Virus record (IMG/VR): IMGVR_UViG_3300035701_000037
Coordinates: 1-58,402 of that record
Origin: a virus
Taxonomy: Duplodnaviria; Caudoviricetes
Strand: one strand, 5' to 3'
DNA: 58,402 nt
This document shows positions 1-8,328 of this stretch, one piece after another. The translations under genes and the position numbers were made by a program. Each line of letters begins with the position of its first letter. The first letter of the stretch is position 1. Below the pieces are notes generated by a model. That model was not told the DNA's origin. It searched no databases and worked only from the letters and a program-made list of their open reading frames with translations.

Positions 1-1
1 G

Positions 2-109
2 CTCAAATTCACCGTGACCGAGGATGGCGAAGAGGTTGTGCGACTGAGCCCGATCTTTGAAATTCTCGTGCGCCGGTCCATTCCACCGCCAGAAGAACCA
101 ACGCCATAG
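2..109 (+). CDS. C-terminal fragment of BppU-like baseplate/tail-tip protein (probably continues the ORF at 58190-58402)
   Basis: Frame 2 reads LKFTVTEDGEEVVRLSPIFEILVRRSIPPPEEPTP-stop, which fits as the end of the ORF truncated at the window end. Confidence 0.6.
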   Translation, partial: LKFTVTEDGEEVVRLSPIFEILVRRSIPPPEEPTP

Positions 110-124
110 GCAGAGAGAGTAGGC

Positions 125-463
125 ATGGGACTGACCATCAGAGTCGAGGGCGGCGGCGGGACGATATCGGAGACCGAACAGGAGCAGTCGGTGCTCGTGC
201 AAGGCCCTTCGGTCTCCACCGCCTTTTCGGCGGGGCCGAGGATCCAGATCGAGGTGGGCATGCGGGCGGTCGCCCTTTCGGTGCTGGCGCCGGGCTATAC
301 CGAGATGCCGCGAGTGATGGTGTTGAATGACCTGGCGGACGTAGAGGCTCTCCCGGAGCAGGGCAGCACCCTGCAGTACAGCGATTCGGACAGACAGTGG
401 ATTGCCGGCTTCCGACTTGTCTTTCGGCCCGGCTTGCGGGCTTACATAATTTCAGACGCATAG
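125..463 (+). CDS. hypothetical tail-region protein
   Basis: ATG after a purine-rich RBS; LNDLADV motif typical of tail-fibre proteins; tight operon packing. Confidence 0.55.
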   Translation: MGLTIRVEGGGGTISETEQEQSVLVQGPSVSTAFSAGPRIQIEVGMRAVALSVLAPGYTEMPRVMVLNDLADVEALPEQGSTLQYSDSDRQWIAGFRLVFRPGLRAYIISDA

Positions 464-472
464 GAGAAGAGA

Positions 473-925
473 ATGTCTGACTACAGATTGGTGATCGAGG
501 AGTTCGCACCGTTCCAGCGCCAGATTCTTGATAAGGACCTGGCCACGCCGCCCGGGACGCCGGCCGAGGGCGACCGTTACATCGTCGCGGCCAATCCCAC
601 CGGCGCATGGGTTGGACACGCCAAATCCATCGCTTGGTGGGATGGCGCGGCATGGAAATTCGACGCGCCGGAAGAGGGCTGGTTCACCTACGTGGTGGAC
701 GAAATGACATTCTACCTCTACACGGCCGCGGCCTGGACCAAGTACGATACTCCCGGCGACATGCTCAAGTCCACCTACGACACCGACGACAGTGGGATCG
801 TGGACAAGGCGGAGACACTTGATGATGGGACCCACAGCGCCACGGCCGAGGATGTGGAGTCCGCTGTCGCATGGGACCTGCGCTATGTTGCCGCGCGCAA
901 GTGCGTGATGGTGACATTACCGTAA
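473..925 (+). CDS. DUF2793-domain tail protein
   Basis: [25 protein letters not shown]...W.F.APEEGW is the DUF2793 signature; [13 protein letters not shown] motif. Confidence 0.8.
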   Translation: MSDYRLVIEEFAPFQRQILDKDLATPPGTPAEGDRYIVAANPTGAWVGHAKSIAWWDGAAWKFDAPEEGWFTYVVDEMTFYLYTAAAWTKYDTPGDMLKSTYDTDDSGIVDKAETLDDGTHSATAEDVESAVAWDLRYVAARKCVMVTLP

Positions 926-935
926 GCCGGACGTA

Positions 936-2258
936 GTGACTGACCATCGCTTGCCAGATTTGGCCACTTTCCAGTGGCAACCGCCGGCGCTGGACTGGCT
1001 GAACACGCCGCCGGGTTCGCCGGCCGAGGGCGCGCGCTACCTGATAGATAGCGCGCCCACCGGCGCATGGGTTGGGCACGCCGAGCAGATCGCGGAGTGG
1101 AATGGGGCAGCATGGGACTTCACGGCGCCGGCTGCGGGCATGATGGTGTGGGATCTGGATCAGGGAGAGCTCTGGCAGTATCTCTCTGCCTGGGAGATCG
1201 CCATAACGGATGGGCCGCCTGGACCCCAGGGCGCGCAAGGCGCTCAAGGCGCAGCCGGTGCCACTGGACCTCAAGGCGCAGTCGGGTCGCAGGGAACAAC
1301 CGGCGCTCAAGGCGCGACAGGGCCTCAAGGTGCACCCGGGCCTCAGGGGGCCACCGGGTCGCAGGGAACAACTGGAGCCCAGGGTGCCACCGGGCCCCAA
1401 GGGGCAACGGGTCCTCAAGGCGCCGCTGGCGCTCAGGGTGCGACAGGGGCTCAGGGTGCAGCGGGTGCCCAAGGTGCTCAAGGCGCCCAAGGTGCGCAGG
1501 GGGCAGGCTACGGAGGGACCTCGACATCCAGTGTGGCCATCGGCACGGGTTCGAAGACCTTCACGACCCAACCCGGCTTAGCCTACCTCGCGAACATGAG
1601 GGTCAGGGTCGCCAACGACTCGACCCAGTACATGGAGGGGGCGGTCACCTCCTACTCCGGCACGACGCTCGTGGTCAGCGTGGACCGGATTGTAGGCACC
1701 GGCACTTTTGCATCCTGGACCATAGGCATCGTTGGCGATCTGGGCGCTCAAGGAGCGCAAGGAGCCCAGGGCGCTACGGGCGCACAGGGCACACAGGGGA
1801 CTACAGGTTCACAAGGAGCCACAGGTTCACAGGGCGCAACGGGCAGCCAGGGTGCGACCGGAGCACAAGGTACACAGGGAGCCACCGGAGCGCAGGGAGC
1901 GCAGGGCGCTCAGGGATCATCGGCATTCACTTGGTACGACGCCAGCACCTCCGGGAGCACGAAAACGATAGACTGGAGTAATGGGGCCACTCAATTCCTG
2001 CTGCTGACGGCGAACTGCACCCTGACCTTCAGCAATCCGGTAGCGGGCGGAAAGTACGTTCTGATCCTGCGGCAAGACGGGACTGGGAGCAGAACTGTCA
2101 CTTGGCCGGCGGACTGCCGTTGGTCGGGCGGAACGGCTCCGACTCTAACCACAACCGCCGGCAAAAGCGACTACATCGGCTTCGTGTATCATTCAGTTGA
2201 ACAGGTCATCCCGCCCGACCTGAGATACAACGGGGTCGCCTTCAAGGCGAACTTCTGA
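936..2258 (+). CDS. tail fibre: DUF2793 N-terminus, two collagen-like G-X-Y tracts, C-terminal beta domain
   Basis: DUF2793 motif; [12 protein letters not shown] runs; IDWSNG...LTFSNP...[12 protein letters not shown] tail-fibre C-terminal motif. Confidence 0.85.
   Translation: MTDHRLPDLATFQWQPPALDWLNTPPGSPAEGARYLIDSAPTGAWVGHAEQIAEWNGAAWDFTAPAAGMMVWDLDQGELWQYLSAWEIAITDGPPGPQGAQGAQGAAGATGPQGAVGSQGTTGAQGATGPQGAPGPQGATGSQGTTGAQGATGPQGATGPQGAAGAQGATGAQGAAGAQGAQGAQGAQGAGYGGTSTSSVAIGTGSKTFTTQPGLAYLANMRVRVANDSTQYMEGAVTSYSGTTLVVSVDRIVGTGTFASWTIGIVGDLGAQGAQGAQGATGAQGTQGTTGSQGATGSQGATGSQGATGAQGTQGATGAQGAQGAQGSSAFTWYDASTSGSTKTIDWSNGATQFLLLTANCTLTFSNPVAGGKYVLILRQDGTGSRTVTWPADCRWSGGTAPTLTTTAGKSDYIGFVYHSVEQVIPPDLRYNGVAFKANF
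1211..1915 (+). repeat. 9-bp-period coding repeats (collagen-like; ~1211-1505 and ~1742-1915)
   Basis: ggcgcgcaa/ggcgctcaa/ggtgccacc-type units encoding Gly-X-Y. Confidence 0.9.
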
Positions 2259-2764
2259 TGCCCACTGTAATCGTCAGGCCGAACGGCAACAACAATGACC
2301 TGTGGACTGAGTATGACTATGGGAAGATAAGTGATCCTGTAGTACAGCCGAATGCAGGTGATGGCATCTACATCTATGCACGAAAGGCTGATGCTGATGA
2401 GCGGCAGCAGTATGATATGGAAACGCTGGCGGTCACCGCCGTCACGAATGTGACGGTTTGGATTTATGGCCGATATCTATCGGGGTCAAATCGCACGATT
2501 ATCTTCGCTAGTATCTCGATGGGGGGATATTGGCAGGACCCTGTGCAAGTGCAGCTTTCCGACACATTTGCGTGGTATTCAGTAAGTTTCAGTCCCCCAG
2601 TAGGCGGTTGGGGACAATCGGACATGGATACATTGATAGCGGGTTTGACTGCACCCCATAATGACAGCATCTACGACGAACAGGACGTTGATGTTCTCTA
2701 CTGTAGTATAACGTATACGCCTCCCCCACCAGGAGAGTACGGAGACTTCTTCGCGGTGCTTTAG
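2258..2764 (+). CDS. hypothetical beta-rich protein, likely tail-fibre associated
   Basis: TGATG start/stop overlap with the fibre gene; visibly lower GC. Confidence 0.6.
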   Translation: MPTVIVRPNGNNNDLWTEYDYGKISDPVVQPNAGDGIYIYARKADADERQQYDMETLAVTAVTNVTVWIYGRYLSGSNRTIIFASISMGGYWQDPVQVQLSDTFAWYSVSFSPPVGGWGQSDMDTLIAGLTAPHNDSIYDEQDVDVLYCSITYTPPPPGEYGDFFAVL

Positions 2765-2774
2765 AGAGGCTGAT

Positions 2775-3266
2775 ATGTGGACTGAACTGAAGGCACAGGA
2801 CAACTTGAAAAGGGTAGCCGAAATCATGGCGTTTATGAATGACCGCTATCAAGTGGACTTGACGGCTACCAAGGTAGCTAACCTCTTGCGGAAGGATGAC
2901 GCGCACATCTATTATTACAGCGATGGTTCCGAGGAGGTGGTATTGGCAATCTGCTTCAAAGCCCTGCTCGGTGCCCACGCCGTTCTGATGGCTGGTTACA
3001 CGGGCAATGCGAAGAAGGCGGCGCTTATTCTCGCTGCGAAGGTGGCAACTCTCATTGTCGAGAAGGGACATCCCTTCTACACAACTGTCCCGGTGAAGAA
3101 TACTCCTTACGGCGATGCCTTCTACCAAAGAATACCGGCGATTACCGGGTCCGTGGGCGGAACGCTCAAAACGCTCGCCGGGCAAAATGGGAACACATAC
3201 ATGTTCCGCGTGGGGCCGATGGATAGCAGCGGACTGGAGGCTCAACTTGCAGGGGTGCTAAGATGA
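2775..3266 (+). CDS. hypothetical protein
   Basis: RBS gagagg; operon packing. Confidence 0.6.
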   Translation: MWTELKAQDNLKRVAEIMAFMNDRYQVDLTATKVANLLRKDDAHIYYYSDGSEEVVLAICFKALLGAHAVLMAGYTGNAKKAALILAAKVATLIVEKGHPFYTTVPVKNTPYGDAFYQRIPAITGSVGGTLKTLAGQNGNTYMFRVGPMDSSGLEAQLAGVLR

Positions 3267-4486
3267 TTACAGTTATCACACCGACGCACGAGCCTAGGTG
3301 GCTACTCGAAACGGCCGCCTCCCTGATCGCCCAGGAATACCGCGGCGAGTTCGAGTGGCTGGTGGTGCCGAACAGCGGGTGCGAAGTCGTCGCCCTGCCG
3401 GGGTTTGCCCGGGTCCTGCCATACCCCGGCCCGGCTGCCAATGTCGGCGCTATCAAGGCTTATGCCTGCCAACATGCGAAGGGTGAGAAGATTGTCGAGC
3501 TCGACCATGATGACCTGTTGACCCCGAATGCGCTGCACCGCATAGACGAGGCGCTTGACCAGGCCGACTTCGTGTACAGCGACTTCGCCGAGTTCCGGGA
3601 CGGTTCTTGGGAACCGTGCACCTACGATGCTGCCTATGGATGGCGCTATCGCGACGAGGTCCACTGTGGTCATGTCGTCAAGGTCGCGGAGGCATTTGAC
3701 CCTTCCGCACATTCGCTGAGCAGGATAGAGTATGCGCCGAACCACGTGCGGGCCTGGCGCACGGACAGCTATTGGAAGATCGGCGGGCACGATCCCTCCC
3801 TGAAGGTGGCCGATGATTACGACTTGGTCTGCCGCTTCTACCTTGGCGGGATCATTAGGCGGATCCCGGAGTGCCTCTATTTATACCGAGTTCACGAGGG
3901 CAACTCTTGCAGACTCCGGAATGCGGAGGTGCAGGAGGCCATGCTGGGCCAGCGGGACAGGTATCTCCACCAACTGGTGGAACGATGGGCCGCGCTCAGG
4001 GAACTGCCGAAGCTGAACATTTGCTGCGGGAGTGATCAGCCCGCCGGATGGATCAACGTGGACTCGCGGCCAGCCGCGCCTATCCGCGCCGATCTGGAAA
4101 AGACCTGGCCCTGGCCCGACAACTCCATCGGCGTCATACGGGCAATGGATGCCCTGGAGCACTTGGCCGACCCGGTCCACACGATGACCGAGATCTATAG
4201 AGTCCTGGTGCCGGGTGGATGGCTGCTGACATCCACGCCATCAACCGATGGCAGGGGCGCCTGGCAGGACCCGACTCACCGGTCATTCTGGAACGCGAAC
4301 TCCTGGTGGTACTGGACATCCAGCCGATATGCAGATTACGTCGGTCACGACGCGGAATTCCAACTGGTCCGGCTGTGGGAGGGATACCCGACCGCCTGGC
4401 ATGACACCAACAGGATCTGGTATGTCAATGCCGACTTGGTGGCGCTGAAGGGCGACTACCGGGCGCCCGGGTTGGTTGAAATCTGA
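3263..4486 (+). CDS. family-2 glycosyltransferase fused to a class I SAM-dependent methyltransferase
   Basis: ITVITPTH, ELDHDD (DxD), ADDYDL..R, LYLYRVH; then LNICCG, DALEHL, EIYRVLVPGGWL, QDPTH. Confidence 0.85.
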   Translation: MITVITPTHEPRWLLETAASLIAQEYRGEFEWLVVPNSGCEVVALPGFARVLPYPGPAANVGAIKAYACQHAKGEKIVELDHDDLLTPNALHRIDEALDQADFVYSDFAEFRDGSWEPCTYDAAYGWRYRDEVHCGHVVKVAEAFDPSAHSLSRIEYAPNHVRAWRTDSYWKIGGHDPSLKVADDYDLVCRFYLGGIIRRIPECLYLYRVHEGNSCRLRNAEVQEAMLGQRDRYLHQLVERWAALRELPKLNICCGSDQPAGWINVDSRPAAPIRADLEKTWPWPDNSIGVIRAMDALEHLADPVHTMTEIYRVLVPGGWLLTSTPSTDGRGAWQDPTHRSFWNANSWWYWTSSRYADYVGHDAEFQLVRLWEGYPTAWHDTNRIWYVNADLVALKGDYRAPGLVEI

Positions 4487-4500
4487 CGGGAAGAGAGACG

Positions 4501-4998
4501 ATGAGGGAAATCAGGACGACGCAACAGCGGCTACTGGTGCTCGGCCGGCCATACCTGCGCGGGCCCAACGGCGAGATGCTGGCGGATCGGAATTGGGAGG
4601 CCCACAACCTGGTGCGGGTTGCGCTGCCCGGGCCACTTCCGCTGGCCTGGGACAAGTCCGTCGAGGTTACCACCGTGCGGTTCCACCGCCTCCTCGCCAA
4701 GCAGCTGGGAGGCGTATTCGAGGACCTCGATACGAAGGGACTGTGGAAGTTTTTCCAGACCTTCGGCGGCACATATATCGTCCGCAAGGTCCGGGCGCGC
4801 AATGCGATCTCGCCGCATACATTCGCTGCTGCTATTGACTTCGATCCCGAAAAGATGCCCTTGGGCAGCGGAGTAAAATGGCCGGCCAACGTGCTCAGCA
4901 TCTGGCATGCACACGGATTTATCTGCGGCCAGGAATTCAGCGGTCGCAAGGATCCGATGCACTTCGAGGCGGTGAAGTGCTTCGGCGGAGATGACTGA
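4501..4998 (+). CDS. endolysin, M15 family zinc peptidase
   Basis: R...SPHTFAAAIDFD (SxHxxxxAxD) and DPMHFE motifs. Confidence 0.85.
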   Translation: MREIRTTQQRLLVLGRPYLRGPNGEMLADRNWEAHNLVRVALPGPLPLAWDKSVEVTTVRFHRLLAKQLGGVFEDLDTKGLWKFFQTFGGTYIVRKVRARNAISPHTFAAAIDFDPEKMPLGSGVKWPANVLSIWHAHGFICGQEFSGRKDPMHFEAVKCFGGDD

Positions 4999-5221
4999 GA
5001 TGCCCGTGATCCGTTGGTTGGACAAGGTATGGCGGCGCAACAAGCGGACGCGGGATGCGATCGAGGCGGTGGTGGCCCCCATGTTGGCAGAGGCTTTTGC
5101 GGGTCAGATACGCGATGCCGTGGGCCGGCACGGTGGGGACAGTCTTCCTGCTGAGGTCAAGGATTCGATCACGGCCGAGGTCATGGGCCTGATAAATAAA
5201 GCCTTGAAAGCAGGCAAGTGA
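4991..5221 (+). CDS. hypothetical protein (lysis region)
   Basis: Overlaps the endolysin stop; RBS ggag. Confidence 0.55.
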   Translation: MTEMPVIRWLDKVWRRNKRTRDAIEAVVAPMLAEAFAGQIRDAVGRHGGDSLPAEVKDSITAEVMGLINKALKAGK

Positions 5222-5291
5222 GAGGAAGCGACCGCCCGCCTACGGAATCTCCTACCGGCCATGTTGCAGGGCAGCGGAAAAGGAGCTGTCC

Positions 5292-5564
5292 GTGAACCTC
5301 TTCAAGGTATTGCTGAACTGGGCGAAGATAGCCGCCGGCCTTGCCGCGGCTATCCCACTGCTCGAGGAACTGGCGGTCAATGACTATGAGACCGCCGGTA
5401 CGCTCATCCTCTCCTACGGCGACGTAGAGGACTTGGTCGCCGACATCCCCCCTGAACTGAAGCCGTACATCGAGCCGCTGCTTCCCAAACTGGCGGCACG
5501 GTTCGCTGAGAAACTCGACAAGCTCATCCCCGAGGAAGCGCTGCTGAAACTCCTGCCCCACTAG
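5292..5564 (+). CDS. hypothetical protein with hydrophobic N-terminus (possible lysis accessory)
   Basis: RBS aaggag; GTG start. Confidence 0.55.
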   Translation: MNLFKVLLNWAKIAAGLAAAIPLLEELAVNDYETAGTLILSYGDVEDLVADIPPELKPYIEPLLPKLAARFAEKLDKLIPEEALLKLLPH

Positions 5565-5879
5565 CCCGGACTGGATGCGATAGGACGGCGGCGACCTCCT
5601 CGGCCGGCCCCATTGCAGGCCCCGTAGCCAGCGGCGCGGCACGGGGCCTGCCCCTTTCCGGCACGAGCAAGCCGGCCTGAGCCCCAATCAGCCGGGCTCC
5701 GCTCCTTCATGAGCCGTGGCGGATAAACGGACAAGGCCAGGCCAGGGCCGCGGGCGTGCGTGGAAACGGCTCTTACGACGGATACCTATTGACAGCGCCA
5801 CCCTGCCGCCGGCCCGAAGGCCCTCCCCACGGTCAGGTCCTCGGCCGCAAAATATGCTGCCGACACAGCCAGATACCTC

Positions 5880-5907
5880 TTGACAAGGGGCGAATCTGTG
5901 GTATCAT
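5880..5907 (+). promoter_or_regulatory. sigma70-type promoter
   Basis: TTGACA-16 bp-TATCAT with extended -10 TG. Confidence 0.75.
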
Positions 5908-5937
5908 GTAAACAGTTGGAACGACGGAGGCGGCGAG

Positions 5938-6510
5938 GTGACTATCATCAGGCTCAGGATCGAAGGCACGGCACCGCTGATGCAACGCAGATTCCCGACG
6001 GGGCAGCACCACCCAGATGGCCCCGCCGTGGCGGCCGATCCCATATCCGAAGTCGAGGCCGCCCTTTACCGGGAAGAAGACGGGGTGATCTATCAGCCGG
6101 CGGTCCACATAGAGAGGGCGCTGGACGAGGCAGCGGCACAACTGGGGCTCCCGACCCGGGGCGCCCTCTTCGTGCAGCCGGACCGGATCCGGCACGAGGA
6201 ACAGAGATATGTCGTTGACGGCAGGCCGGTCGTGGAGGACGGTGTCCGACTGATGCGCCACCGGGCGCGCTTCGACGCCTGGGCGCTATGCTTCGAGATC
6301 GTCATCCTCAACGGCCGGCTGAGGGAGGATACCCTGAGGGCCCTCGTGGACCAGGCCGGGCGCTACGTAGGGATAGGGGAGCACCGGCCTCGCTGCGGTC
6401 GGTTCGTGGTGACAACCTGGGAGATTACCCGAACAGGGCAAGCCTCGGGGGACCGCCGATCGGGGGATGCGGCCTTGGCCGGGGGAAAAATATCGGCTCG
6501 CCCCTCTTGA
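5938..6510 (+). CDS. solo RAMP (Cas7/Csm3-like) fold protein, function unknown
   Basis: IRLRIEGTAPL (first strand), IYQPAVHIERAL (like IPxSxxKGAL), C-terminal glycine loop GIGEHRPRCGRF; no cas operon or array nearby. Confidence 0.55.
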   Translation: MTIIRLRIEGTAPLMQRRFPTGQHHPDGPAVAADPISEVEAALYREEDGVIYQPAVHIERALDEAAAQLGLPTRGALFVQPDRIRHEEQRYVVDGRPVVEDGVRLMRHRARFDAWALCFEIVILNGRLREDTLRALVDQAGRYVGIGEHRPRCGRFVVTTWEITRTGQASGDRRSGDAALAGGKISARPS

Positions 6511-6535
6511 CAACCAGAGACAATTCTTGTATGAG
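6507..6535 (+). promoter_or_regulatory. putative sigma70-type promoter
   Basis: TTGACA-17 bp-TATGAG (imperfect -10). Confidence 0.45.
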
Positions 6536-6572
6536 AGAGTCCCGGAGGCAGCGCTGGGATGGAGACGCGGTG

Positions 6573-6875
6573 ATGAGGAAGCAGAAGTCGGCGACCAAGC
6601 AGAAAGCGGCGAACCCGGCGATCAAACCGAAGGCCGCCAGGCGCCCCTATATCCGGTCGGAGAAGTACCGGAAGATCGAGGCGGCGTACGGCGCGGAGCC
6701 CACCGACATCGTCCGGGCGCATCTGAGGGAGGGTCTCTCTGTGACGAAGTCGGCGGCCAGGATTCTGCGCGAGACCAAGATCAGTGTGAATCGCGCGACC
6801 CTGTATGCCTGGCTTGGCAAGGATGCGGTCCCCGGCCGGCCCTTGCTGGAGCCGGTGGCCGCAGCGGCGAAGTGA
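6573..6875 (+). CDS. basic helix-turn-helix DNA-binding protein
   Basis: GLSVTKSAARILRETKISVNRATLYAWL is HTH-like; Lys-rich N-terminus. Confidence 0.6.
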   Translation: MRKQKSATKQKAANPAIKPKAARRPYIRSEKYRKIEAAYGAEPTDIVRAHLREGLSVTKSAARILRETKISVNRATLYAWLGKDAVPGRPLLEPVAAAAK

Positions 6876-6885
6876 CGGAGGACAG

Positions 6886-8328
6886 ATGGGCCAAGTGGCC
6901 ACGATAGCAGGGCGGGACCTCGAGCGAGGGGGCGCGGCCGTTCTATTCTCCCGCGCCCTATTCCTCGAGCGGATAGGGGATGGCGAGCGAACCGCGGAAC
7001 TTGGGACCACGAGGTCGCCGGTTCAAGTCCGGCCGCCCCGACCAGAGTCCCTAAGCACTGATCGGGCCAGCATTTCCCCCGATTCTCCCCTTTTCCGCCT
7101 CCTCACTCGCCTTCCGGCCAGTCGAACGCTCGCATATCCGGCCTATGGAATAGGATTCTATGAGGATCGCGGCAACGAAACGCGCGCAAAGTGCGCACCT
7201 TGGGGAGATGGTGACATGTGCGGTCTGCAACACGTTGGCCCGTTCCTCCGTGTGGACAAAGCCGAGGGCAAGGCTCCATCCACGCTTCGCAACCACTACC
7301 GCGCTCTTCAGCGGCTGAACACTTGGCTGCTGGGGTTGGGATTGACTGATGGGCAGATCAGTGCGAGCCACCTGGCGGCCTACATCAACGGCTTGCGAGA
7401 GCGCTACCCGCCAGACCAGATCAACAATGAAGTGTCGGCCTTGCGGCTCTATTTCCGGTGGCTGTTCGAGGCGCAGGCCCGCCCGGACAATCCGGCGGCG
7501 GGCCTCCGATTCCTGCGGGCCGATCCAAAGCCGGTCGAGAGCCTGACGCCTCAAGAGGTCCGCAGGCTTCTTTCGTTCCTTGCCCGGGCGCGGGAACTGC
7601 GCTTCGGCACCTACCGGACGGCGGTACTGACGATCTGCCTGATCGATACGGGGCTGCGCTTGGGCGAGGCCCTCCGCCTGTGCTGCGCCGACTTGGACAT
7701 CATAGAGGGGCGGGTCCACGTGATCGCTACGAAGACCCGCACGACCCGGTGGGTGCCGGTCTCGCCGACGCTGCGCCGGCACCTGGGCGGTTATCTGCGG
7801 CGACGGGCTGCGCATCTCGAGCAGCATAGGCTGGCCGACTGCGGCATTCTTTTCATCGGCGAGCACGGGGGACCCTGGACGGTCGCCAATGCCGAGCGAT
7901 CATGCCGCACAGTCGGCCGGCTCGCCGGCCTCAGCCGCCGCGTCTATCCGCACCTTTACCGGCACACGTTCGCCACCCTTTCCCTGCTGGCCGGCGCGCC
8001 GCTCAGCGCCGTGATGTTGCTGGGTGGCTGGCGGAAGCTGGCGACGGTGCAGCGCTACACACACATGTCGGCGCAGCAACTGGCCGACGTGCAGGCGGCA
8101 ACCAGTCCTTTGGGGCAGGCTATCCGCCTGCAATTTGTACTGCCAGAGGAGAAGACCACTACACTGGTGCTGAGATCGAGCAAGAGGGCGAAAGCCCGCC
8201 CGAGCTGGGAGCTAGGCGGGCCATCGCAAACCCGGATAGGGCAACGGGATTATACCCCGGTCCGGGTCGGCAGTCAAGCGCAGATTCGAGATCCGTCCGC
8301 CACCAGGCGGAAAGGGAGGACGAGATGA
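6886..8328 (+). CDS. int: tyrosine recombinase/integrase (alternative start ATG 7216)
   Basis: N-terminal SAM-like domain; catalytic DTGLRLGE (R), TKT (K), HLYRH, LGGW, RY; RBS-like ggag before both ATG 6886 and ATG 7216. Confidence 0.9.
   Translation: MGQVATIAGRDLERGGAAVLFSRALFLERIGDGERTAELGTTRSPVQVRPPRPESLSTDRASISPDSPLFRLLTRLPASRTLAYPAYGIGFYEDRGNETRAKCAPWGDGDMCGLQHVGPFLRVDKAEGKAPSTLRNHYRALQRLNTWLLGLGLTDGQISASHLAAYINGLRERYPPDQINNEVSALRLYFRWLFEAQARPDNPAAGLRFLRADPKPVESLTPQEVRRLLSFLARARELRFGTYRTAVLTICLIDTGLRLGEALRLCCADLDIIEGRVHVIATKTRTTRWVPVSPTLRRHLGGYLRRRAAHLEQHRLADCGILFIGEHGGPWTVANAERSCRTVGRLAGLSRRVYPHLYRHTFATLSLLAGAPLSAVMLLGGWRKLATVQRYTHMSAQQLADVQAATSPLGQAIRLQFVLPEEKTTTLVLRSSKRAKARPSWELGGPSQTRIGQRDYTPVRVGSQAQIRDPSATRRKGRTR
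7000..7044 (+). mobile_element. attP core: 3' half of a tRNA-Pro(TGG) gene
   Basis: CTTGGGA anticodon loop, CCACG, GCCGG-TTCAAGT-CCGGC T-arm, CGCCCCG-A-CCA acceptor end; 5' half absent; next to the integrase. Confidence 0.85.

Noticed and set aside
8-28. Match to 58235-58255 (19/21) as a terminal direct repeat
   Set aside because: Not at the termini and imperfect; better explained as an internal FTVTEDG repeat within one gene
1211-1915. Highly repetitive DNA as a CRISPR or ncRNA array
   Set aside because: The 9-bp period is explained by Gly-X-Y codons in an open ORF, and there are no unique spacers
6960-7044. Functional tRNA-Pro gene
   Set aside because: No 5' acceptor strand (CGGGGCG), D-arm or 5' anticodon stem; similarity begins at the anticodon loop, as expected for an attP core
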